Source: Rhodospirillales bacterium | Lineage (GTDB): Bacteria; Pseudomonadota; Alphaproteobacteria; Bin95 | Direction: 5' to 3' | Assembly (NCBI GenBank): GCA_038143065.1 | Contig: JAYQLI010000035.1 | Coordinates: 1,728,894-1,792,893, forward strand | DNA: 64,000 nt | Shown: positions 10,977-19,051 of the stretch, piece after piece | Layout of the letters: each line of letters opens with the position of its first letter | Position numbering within the stretch: the stretch's first letter is position 1 | Position numbers and translations under genes: made by a program | The notes under the pieces: model-generated | What the model was told of the DNA's origin: nothing | Databases searched by the model: none | What the model saw: the letters and a program-made list of their open reading frames with translations, nothing else

Positions 10977-11270
10977 TTATCCGAGACTTAGTGGTGGAGG
11001 TGGTGCACCCCCAATAATAGAGTAGACGAAGTAGGCGTAAGCAGCGCCAGCCAAAAGATTAATCATCAAATAGGCCTTACGCACATCGGCTACTTCTACA
11101 GGCCCCGAACGGGCCTTAAAAATTGCCCACATTTTTGTAAGCGGACCCACTGAAAACATCTGACATCCGAAGGCCAGCAATGCGACCTTAGGGCCCCACG
11201 TATTGTAGGCAATCGCGGCAGGAAGTGCCCACACAAGGATGCGCAGGCCCTTGAATAGTTCTTCACTCAT
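10977..11270 (-). CDS. Small membrane protein of unknown function
   Basis: About 97 aa from MSEELF, 2-3 hydrophobic segments, tightly packed between neighbours. Confidence 0.55.
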   Translation of the reverse strand: MSEELFKGLRILVWALPAAIAYNTWGPKVALLAFGCQMFSVGPLTKMWAIFKARSGPVEVADVRKAYLMINLLAGAAYAYFVYSIIGGAPPPPLSLG

Positions 11271-11572
11271 GCGCCCTCCACCGCCAATCTGATCCACTCG
11301 GCAAGATCTTCCTCCAGCTCGTGACCTGCTGGAGACACACTAATAATACCCGGTATATCCGCCTCTCCCATCGGGTCTATTCTATTACGAGCGAGCGCTT
11401 CAGCTGCCGCATCAGGGGACATACGAAGAACAAGTTGGTCGTTGACCACGCCCGCGCACATACGCCCATCCAAATAAAACATTAGACCGCCAAATAATTC
11501 TCGCTCACTTGGCTCACCATAGGAAGACATTGCGCGCCGCACACGTTCAACGAGAATATCGTCATAAGGCAT
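11267..11572 (-). CDS. TfoX/Sxy N-terminal domain family protein
   Basis: MPYD..LVERVR, ERELFGGLMFYLDGRMCAGV, L..WI..A pattern. Confidence 0.75.
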   Translation of the reverse strand: MPYDDILVERVRRAMSSYGEPSERELFGGLMFYLDGRMCAGVVNDQLVLRMSPDAAAEALARNRIDPMGEADIPGIISVSPAGHELEEDLAEWIRLAVEGA

Positions 11573-11675
11573 AAACAGTTCGTCCCCCGAATATCAGTCA
11601 GAATTTCTGTTTTCTGCTTGGAATATACCCAAATAAAATTTGAAATGATGAATAATTAAAAAACATAAGGTGCGA

Positions 11676-12578
11676 CTATCCAGTAATGGCAGCAGCAACC
11701 AAATTCGCATCTGCGTACGCCCCAGAAACCTGACCATCATGCCCAGAGCGAGCGGCGCCAATAGCAAAAAGACCATTGATTGAAGTTTGGCAATTATGAT
11801 TAACAATAAGTGCCCCAGAAGCATCGCGGGCTACTGATGTTGGAACCAATTCAGTAGCCGGTTCAACGCCGACAAATACAAAGACCGCGCGGGTTTCAAT
11901 TCTCTCTACGCTACCACCGCAATTCACCTCTATCGCATCAACCCCCGTATCTCCAACGACTTCCAGAACAGATGCATCAGTCTTGATCTCAATATTTGTC
12001 TTACCTTCAGCCTCTGTTGTGAATTCGTGGCGGGCACGGGGTTCAGGGCCTCGTATTAATATTTGAACCTTCTTGCAAAGCGTTGCCAGATGCAGGGCCT
12101 CTTGGAAAGCCGCGTCACCGCCTCCTACTACAACGACCACTTCCTCCCCTCGGTACAACGCCCCATCACAAAACGCACAAGATGAAACGCCAAAACCGGT
12201 TAATCTCTCTTCTCCAGGCACCCCAAGTTTTTCAAGGCGAGCGCCCGTTGCCACCACCACATTTGGAGCCGACAATTCTAACTCGGGCAAGATCCAAAGA
12301 TTACCATGCTGCTCCAGGCTAGCGGCAGTTCCCATCCTGTAGTCAACACCCGCCTCCAATGCATTGCCTAAAAGAATGCCTGCAACATCCGCTCCCGATT
12401 GGCCCTCAATCCCTTCCGGACCCGTTAAATCTCCGACATTGGCTATCAGACCACCCATGTAACCATCATCAACGAGCGCCGTACTTACCCTCTTATTCGC
12501 CAAATCCGTAGCAGCTTTCATCCCAGCGGGACCTGCTCCGACTACAATGGCGGAATGGGTGGCCTCTACAGTAAACAT
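11676..12578 (-). CDS. Thioredoxin reductase-like FAD-dependent disulfide oxidoreductase (atypical motifs)
   Basis: VVGAGPAG, VATGA, GVSSCAFCDG (CxxC), GGGDAA, FVFVG; IRGPEPRA in place of HRRxxFRA and GLFAIGA in place of GVFAAGD. Confidence 0.85.
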   Translation of the reverse strand: MFTVEATHSAIVVGAGPAGMKAATDLANKRVSTALVDDGYMGGLIANVGDLTGPEGIEGQSGADVAGILLGNALEAGVDYRMGTAASLEQHGNLWILPELELSAPNVVVATGARLEKLGVPGEERLTGFGVSSCAFCDGALYRGEEVVVVVGGGDAAFQEALHLATLCKKVQILIRGPEPRARHEFTTEAEGKTNIEIKTDASVLEVVGDTGVDAIEVNCGGSVERIETRAVFVFVGVEPATELVPTSVARDASGALIVNHNCQTSINGLFAIGAARSGHDGQVSGAYADANLVAAAITG

Positions 12579-12591
12579 CAGTCCATTACCC

Positions 12592-13593
12592 TCAAGGAAA
12601 AATCAGCGGCATGGTTTGGATCCTCGACCCTCCAGCCCAAATGGGAAGACACGTCATTTTTACGCCAGGACCGCCAGTTACAATTGGATGAATTGATCCA
12701 GGTTCAATGGCACCGGGCGCAGCGCTTTCAACTGACGCTATATCACCTAAAACCTGTCTACGATCTTGATGTATGAATGACTGTATTTCCGTAGTGCCCC
12801 AACCATGCTTCGCTAGGTCTGCAACCATTTCCGGGCCAATTAGAAAAATTTGATCACCGGCCTCGCGCATCCTCCCAGACCCGGCAACTGCACTCGCAGC
12901 TGCTAGCGCTGCGGCCATTGGAGCCAGAATTGCCTCTGGAGTATCACGTTCATCAAGAGGAAGGACTTCCATCGTCCCAGAAACTCCAAGAACAGTGACT
13001 GCATCAACAGAACCCAAACCTAGCCGCTCAGTTAGAGAGGGGAGACCTCCTAGGGGGTTTTCAGGGAAACAAAAGGCCAGCTTGCCCGGCTGGCCCATTG
13101 TAGCCATATCTCCGACGGTCTCTTTTGCCCCTCCTATATTCCTCAGAACAAGAGCGATCGCACGACCCAAAGTTGAATTTGCTCTATTCCCAGGCCCCAA
13201 ACAGTTAACGCCATGGTTCATGCCCAAATTCTCAGCAACTGGCCCGTGAACGATCGTTGCGACGGCCGGCGTCCCGGTCGTTGTCATAAGCCCCAAGAGG
13301 TTAAAGTCTGGATTTAACATCGCCGATACTGCAGTCAGAACGACTGGAACAGCCCCAGGCAGTGCTCCAGCCAGCACACAATTGTAAGCAACAGCCCTAG
13401 CCGTCAAATCACCAAACATCGGCATTACCATGCCGTGAGAGACATCCGGATTATTGACGCCAACTAGCATTGAAGAAAGGCGCGTCTCTGTTGGCGGCAC
13501 CATTGGCAAGCCATCAGATAAGCCAGCCTCTTCAAGCGTTGATTGTGCTTCCTCCCACGATAAAGCAGGATCTAAGATGGGCCAATTACTCAA
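12592..13593 (-). CDS. UGSC-associated protein of unknown function, paralog B (DGLP-PPT family)
   Basis: GLSDGLPMVPPT, NCLGPGNRANSTLGRA, TMGQPGKLAFCFPEN, VTGGPG; TTG start at 13593 overlaps the stop of paralog A. Confidence 0.75.
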   Translation of the reverse strand: MSNWPILDPALSWEEAQSTLEEAGLSDGLPMVPPTETRLSSMLVGVNNPDVSHGMVMPMFGDLTARAVAYNCVLAGALPGAVPVVLTAVSAMLNPDFNLLGLMTTTGTPAVATIVHGPVAENLGMNHGVNCLGPGNRANSTLGRAIALVLRNIGGAKETVGDMATMGQPGKLAFCFPENPLGGLPSLTERLGLGSVDAVTVLGVSGTMEVLPLDERDTPEAILAPMAAALAAASAVAGSGRMREAGDQIFLIGPEMVADLAKHGWGTTEIQSFIHQDRRQVLGDIASVESAAPGAIEPGSIHPIVTGGPGVKMTCLPIWAGGSRIQTMPLIFP

Positions 13594-14629
13594 CGTATCG
13601 GCAGTCGCTCTGAGCAAGCTTCAGTGAAACCAAAAGTTGGAATGACTGCAGAATGTTTGCCCGGCCCTCCCGCCACGACAACCTGAATATCCTCTGGAGT
13701 ACGAGAGTGGTAATAACGGCCATTCTGAATGACTTGACCGCGCTCTTCGTAATTTTTCTGATTTTCTTTCGACACTCGCTCAACTGGCGTTGCACTGTCG
13801 TGATGCAATTTTCTTGAATTGCAGGAACTGTCCAACCATCCCGTTTCATTGTAGCTGCGTGTTCCGGCCCTATGACCACCATAAATGGAGCAGATCCATA
13901 TATAGTGTTCGCTCCCGTCTGTGATATCGAACCGGCAATAGTTTGCAGTAGTCCATCACCAGTCGTGCTGCCATGATCATTAACATTGTGCGGTGGTTCC
14001 GCAGGCAGGAGAGTAACTACACTGTCTTCAGCATTAAAACCACGGCGAACGTGGTACGGCTCCCAAGGGCTCTCTTCTTCATTCTCACCAAAACAGAATG
14101 AGTACTTTGCCGGCGAACCCTGTGTTGAGCGATCCATATCGCCTGGCTTGCCCCCTCCTACGTTCATCATAGTGAGCATCAAAGCCCTGCCTATAGAGGC
14201 GTTTGAACGCCATCCCTGACCAAAACAGTTCGCACCACAGTTAATTCCCATGACGTTCCGAGCAGGACCATTGACTACAATCATCGGCGCGCATGGATGC
14301 GTGGTAGCTAGCGTTCCGTGCAGGTTGTAATCGGGGTTTAAAATGGCACGGACCGCAGCAACCACTGCCGGGAAATATTCCGGTTTACAACCCGCCATTA
14401 CAGCATTCGCCGCAATTGTTTCTAGGGTGGGCAGGACAAGACGCGGAGACATTGGTGGAAAGGGAGCATTGTCTCCATGACAAGTCGCAACACACGCGGC
14501 AACTTTTGCTTCCGTTGGTGGGATCATAGGCATGCCATCGCTCCAACCCTGTTCGATGGCAAAATCATTAAATGCGTCAAAGTCCATATCGCCGAGGTCT
14601 AATACCTCGTCGTTCAGGGGGTCGCTCAT
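13590..14629 (-). CDS. UGSC-associated protein of unknown function, paralog A; frameshift near 13812
   Basis: GWSDGMPMIPPT, AVMAGCKPEYFP, NCFGQGWRSNASIGRA, TQGSPAKYSFCFGENEEESPW; adding one A at CAAGAAAATTG joins the C-terminus ...IQVVVAGGPGKHSAVIPTFG. Confidence 0.8.
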
Positions 14630-14650
14630 AGAAGCTCCTGAATTAATGAA

Positions 14651-14676
14651 GGCCGACGATCGATAGACCGTCGGCC
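14651..14676 (-). terminator. Intergenic stem-loop (terminator/attenuator or RNA-stabilising hairpin)
   Basis: Minus-strand RNA GGCCGACGGUC-UAUC-GAUCGUCGGCC followed by UUCAUUAAUU, just after the UGSC stop. Confidence 0.55.
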
Positions 14677-14682
14677 AAATTG

Positions 14683-15207
14683 TTAGGCCGCTAGGACCGT
14701 CTTAAGTTCACCAAACGCCGTCTGAATGCGTTCCCTTAATTCTTCTTCATTTAAGCCGCCCACGGGGTGCTTAACAATTAGAAGTTTAGGATTTGCACCC
14801 CGAGCTTTTGCTTGCGCGCGAACCAGCGGCAAGAAAGTCTCAGTGATGACAATGTAGGTTTCAACGCCCGCTTCTTCAAAGGTCATGCTGTCATGGAAAC
14901 TCCACGACGAACATGACCCTCAATCCGCTAAGGCGACGATGGCACCCCGATAATTATTGACTACACGCTCAACTAACTCGGGAGGCGCTGGATGGGCGGC
15001 ACTTGGTTTGTCCATGTAATCGACGTTATCGATGGACCTAAACTCACCCATCAGCTTGCGAACCCCCTGGAGTAACTCCATAGCGTTGGGCTTTGAATTT
15101 GAAATGATGGCTACCGGATCGTTGAGCCAATCTGTTGGGCTTTTAGCTGATGCGGTCTTTGCACCCGCATCCTCCTGCCTGCCAAAGGAAGGGTTAACGA
15201 TGCGCAT
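14683..15207 (-). CDS. UGSC-family selenoprotein, 174 aa, Sec at TGA 14922-14920
   Basis: In-frame read-through IVALAD-TGA-GSCSSWSFHDS-MTFEEAGVET joins the two tracked ORFs (36 nt offset); UxxC motif; N-terminal SNSKPN; SECIS immediately downstream. Confidence 0.9.
14881..14918 (-). promoter_or_regulatory. Bacterial SECIS element
   Basis: RNA GGUCAUGU-UC-GUCGUGGA-[GUU]-UCCAUGAC-A-GCAUGACC: two 8-bp stems, G-initiated apical loop 19 nt after UGA. Confidence 0.85.
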
Positions 15208-15563
15208 GGGTTTTCCTCCTCACGCAATGAAATTCACCTCAAAGAGTTTGAGGCTTGCTGAAAGAGTTTACGAAGTGCCGCCGTTGCTGCAAAGAGTTCC
15301 GAGGAAAGAAGGTAAAAATATCTAAAAATTAATACTTAAATTCTAATGAAGGCTTTGATACGTCGATCGCAATAATGCGCAAAATATTGTGCTGCCGATG
15401 CCTGACGCGCTCAATTTCCCGCGAACAAGAAGCTAGTTGCACGAGCACCAAGAAAGCTCGAGCCAATGCTCTGTGGCATCAGCAGCATTTTCTTACTAGA
15501 TCAGCTATCAGCAGTATTTCACAAGCTAACCTATGGTTCTGTATTTTAGGAAATGCATCATAG

Positions 15564-15587
15564 ACGGTGGGGCAAGGACCCCACCGT
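15564..15587. terminator. Perfect 9-bp inverted repeat, probable terminator of the Cys-rich protein gene
   Basis: ACGGTGGGG-CAAGGA-CCCCACCGT, about 20 nt beyond the stop at 15607; weak U tract. Confidence 0.5.
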
Positions 15588-15606
15588 TGATCCGCAGACT
15601 TGAAAC

Positions 15607-16681
15607 CTACTTACCGAAGTATTTGCTGCACTTTGGATAGGTGTAAGAGGCAACCACATCAGCAACACCACTTGTATCAACGATGGCAGCAATCTGCGCC
15701 GACATGCGTATCAAGTCTTCCTCCGTGACGGCACTTTTCCCAGTATTATAAGCCGTATACCCCTTCAAAAAGGGCTGGGCATTATCGTAGGCCGTTTTAC
15801 CAGTGTTATAAGCTGTTTCAGCGTTCTGAAGAGCAGGAGACGCTTTTTTAGCCGCCTCATATGCTTCTTTTAATTCTTCAAATTTCTTTTTAAGTTTAGC
15901 AAGCTTGCTTGTGTCGTCTGCCGAAGAGGCCGCTTTTGACGCTGCCCCCGAGCCACCGGCAGTTGAGATGTTGAGCGCTAAATTCCCGACGGAACTGACC
16001 TGACCAAAGACAATCGAAGCGCATGTAGCACTGTCTTTTGCTGTCCCCATACCGCAATTCACCCAGCCCTTTGGATTTTGTGCCCAACAGACCGGACCCA
16101 CGCCCTTGAAATTGGCAGGGCATTTTTTGTAGCACAGCCCAGCATCCAGTTGCTTACCGCTACATCCTTTGTTGCGGATCTTTCCTACCTCAATTTTTTT
16201 CTCGCACGAATAATCTGCTATCCGTGCCCCCATACCCAAAGCCTTGCAGTTTGGCTTGTTGGCGTAACAGAAAAGCCCTTTTTTGTGTAACCGTCGCGGC
16301 ATTTTTTATACCATAACGCTCCATCTTTTTCACAATCCTGTTTGGTTGCCTTTTTACAGGCTTTCTTTGATGTCCAACCACCGCCTCGGCCATAATCAGC
16401 TTTTTCTTTTCTGCAATAAAGGCCGTCGTCTCGCATGCCGTCCGGGCAAACAGTGTGGCAGTCTACGCCAGAACGCTTCTTACCTATTGGACACCTTTTG
16501 TAGCAAAGCTCCCCAACTTTTCCGCCCCACGTGGGCATTTTGAGGGAACAGTACCCGCCCCGCGCGTAGTAGAATCCTTCCAACAAAACTCTGCCTGCTG
16601 TGCCGTCGCGCCCTGCGCCGCAAAGGCAAGCATTAGGAAAGTTGTCAAATAAATGAATATACGCGGGATAAAATTTGTCAT
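15607..16681 (-). CDS. Secreted Cys-rich repeat protein of unknown function (two homopolymer frameshifts, about 358 aa reconstructed)
   Basis: Signal peptide MTNFIPRIFIYLTTFLMLAFAAQGATA; repeated G-x-L-C/W-Y-K-x-C units; frameshifts near 16520 and 16283 restore AEKVGELCY and YTKKGLFCY. Confidence 0.75.
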
Positions 16682-16777
16682 TTTACTCTCTGACAATAAT
16701 GAAGTAGCTCGAAAAAATGTAAACAAAGATACAAAGCAGAGCAAACTCAGCAAAATTTCTCTAGAATTAATCCCTCA

Positions 16778-17122
16778 TTAAATTGAAAGAACTGATCCAC
16801 CAACCGTGGAACGCCCCTCAATGCCTTGTGCGCGTGCGCTGCATCTTCATGTGCGAAGCGCTGTATTTCTGGGACTACAATTTCTCCACTTGCAAGCAGT
16901 CCGATCAATTCCAACACCCTCTCCATTAATTCGGTTCGGGACCTTGTGTACCAATCAAGACCCGCACTCGTGATGTAGAGAGAACCGCGCGGATTTAATT
17001 CGAAGATGTTAAATGGCGTCCTTGTTGCAGATCAGTGTTTGCCCAGGCTCTGGTATTGGAACGTTATCAAGCTTGAGGACTTCTGGCCCTCCATGCTCAT
17101 GGATCCTTATCGCTCTACTCAT
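16778..17122 (-). pseudogene. qor: Internally deleted quinone oxidoreductase (zeta-crystallin/MDR) remnant
   Basis: N-terminus MSRAIRIHEHGGPEVLKLDNVPIPEPG joined to C-terminus PFNIFELNPRGSLYIT...DAAHAHKAL.GRSTVGGSVL; total 345 nt. Confidence 0.75.
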
Positions 17123-17224
17123 CAAATGGTCCAATCTTGTTTTCAGGGGCGCTTGCCATTGGTGTTAGTTTCAATCCACCCTATCCCATACTGATCATCT
17201 TCCCCAACACTGGAGGGATCTCAA

Positions 17225-18216
17225 ATGGACGTCGAACTTTCAATTGAGGATGCCAGAGCCTTAGCTGAACGCGTGCTCATCGCTCAGGGACAAAGAGCAG
17301 ACTACGCTTCCTTGATAACTGATCACCTCATAGACTGTGAACTTCGGGGCCTGGATTACGGCGGACTGCCACGACTTGTCAGTATCGTAGAACGGTTGGA
17401 GCGAACTGGACCTCCCCCAGGGCCCGTTGAAATCGTCCGCGAGACCCCTGTTTCTGCAAAGATTAAGGGACAAGATAATCTGGGCTACGTCGTCGCCTAC
17501 AAGGCCACAGAAATAGCGATTGCCAAAGCAAAGAACATGGGCCTTGCCGCCGTCGCCGGCGATGACACCTGGTACACTGGGATGCTTTCCTACTTTGCCG
17601 AGATGATGGCCGCTGAAGGCCTAGTCTCAATGATTGCCTCTAACGCTTCACCTTGGGTTGCGCCTGAGGGCGCTGTGGACGGGCGATTTGGCACAAATCC
17701 GATCTGCTACGGTTTTCCAAGCTTGGGTGACCCAATCATTTGGGACATAGGCACATCAAACATCATGCACGCGGAGGTACTCTAGCAAAGCGCCTAGGTA
17801 AACCTCTAGAACCAGGGAAAGCGTGGGATGCAGATGGTAAGCCAACTACAGACCCTGATGCGGCTCTCGCTGGAGCATTTACGGCTTGGGGCGGTCACAA
17901 AGGGTCCGGACTAGCGCATGTAGTGCAATTGCTAGGTGCAATGGCAGGATCACCAGTCATGCCACCCGATTTAGCCAAATTTGGTTTTGTGGTGATTGCG
18001 ATGAAACCCGATCTCTTTAACCCGGAGGCAGACTTTCGCGCTGCAGTTTCCGAATATGCCGACGCCGTTCGCACTGCCCGGCCAGTAGAAGGAGGGCCTC
18101 AACCCCGAATGCCCTTTGATCGTTCTGCAACACTGCGCAGAAAACGCAAGACTGCAAATATAATCCGAACGCCCCAACTGGCCTACGATCGACTGCTCGC
18201 TATGAGTGGCAGTTAA
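17225..18216 (+). CDS. Ldh_2 family oxidoreductase (type 2 malate/L-lactate/sulfolactate dehydrogenase family), frameshift near 17780
   Basis: ELRG..YGGL.R, FGTNPICYGFP, DIGTS, DADGKPTTDP..AL.G, GGHKGSGL. Confidence 0.85.
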
Positions 18217-18400
18217 TTAAGATAAGGCTTCTATAGAGATTTTAGAATGCCAGCTTGGGCCAAGCCTTGATCCTTCCTGTTCAAATCTTTTTGGCAATTG
18301 GAGCAACCAGGATGTTGCCGTTAGCACATAAAGACTGCCAAGGTTCTTTTTCAAAGTTCTTAAAGTTTGAGACCTTTCACTCACAATAGGAGTTTCAACT

Positions 18401-19051
18401 ATGTCACGCGGCCTACTTCTCGTCGGCTTTGATTTTGCCAAAGCCCACACGGACGAGTTTCATGACTGGTACGACCTGGAGCATGTTCCAGAAAGGGAAG
18501 CTGTCGCTGGATTTGGATTATGCGAACGCTGGCTGGACGTTGAGAACCCGACGGTCGCAGTCGCCTCTTATGACTTAGATGCTCTATCTGTGCTGAGGAG
18601 TGACGCCTACAAAGCCGTCGCCTACGAGAACCTCTCCGTATGGTCAAAGCGGGTAACGGCGATGTGCGATCGCAAACTTCGCTTTGAAGGCGACCAAACT
18701 CTGCCTGGAGATCTTGCGGCACCGGCGGGTGCTGGAGGCCTTCTTGTAAATGCTATGAACTGCGCGGCTGAGGGCGAAGCTGACTTTAATGCTTGGTATA
18801 ACGAAGAGCACATTCCATCTCTCGCGGCCGTTCCAGGCTGCATGGCGGCGCGTCGCTTTGTTCAAGCCTCTGATCAGCCTGAAAGTGCTGACGGGAGAAA
18901 ATACGTCGCCATTTACCACCTCGAGTCTCCTGACGTTACCAAGACTGAAGCGTGGTCAAAGGCAGTGAATACCCCATGGACTTTGAAGGTTCGCCCGCAT
19001 TTCCGCGATAGGCTTCGCATCCTCTGCAAACGCTATGTTCGCGGCGCTTAA
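18401..19051 (+). CDS. Tandem dimeric alpha-beta barrel protein (EthD/DUF4286-like)
   Basis: Duplicated motif EFHDWYDLEHVPEREAVAGF / DFNAWYNEEHIPSLAAVPG. Confidence 0.7.
   Translation: MSRGLLLVGFDFAKAHTDEFHDWYDLEHVPEREAVAGFGLCERWLDVENPTVAVASYDLDALSVLRSDAYKAVAYENLSVWSKRVTAMCDRKLRFEGDQTLPGDLAAPAGAGGLLVNAMNCAAEGEADFNAWYNEEHIPSLAAVPGCMAARRFVQASDQPESADGRKYVAIYHLESPDVTKTEAWSKAVNTPWTLKVRPHFRDRLRILCKRYVRGA

Noticed and set aside
15032-15563. Short ORFs upstream of or antisense to the UGSC gene
   Set aside because: They have no motifs or clear RBS and are most likely shadow ORFs or promoter DNA.
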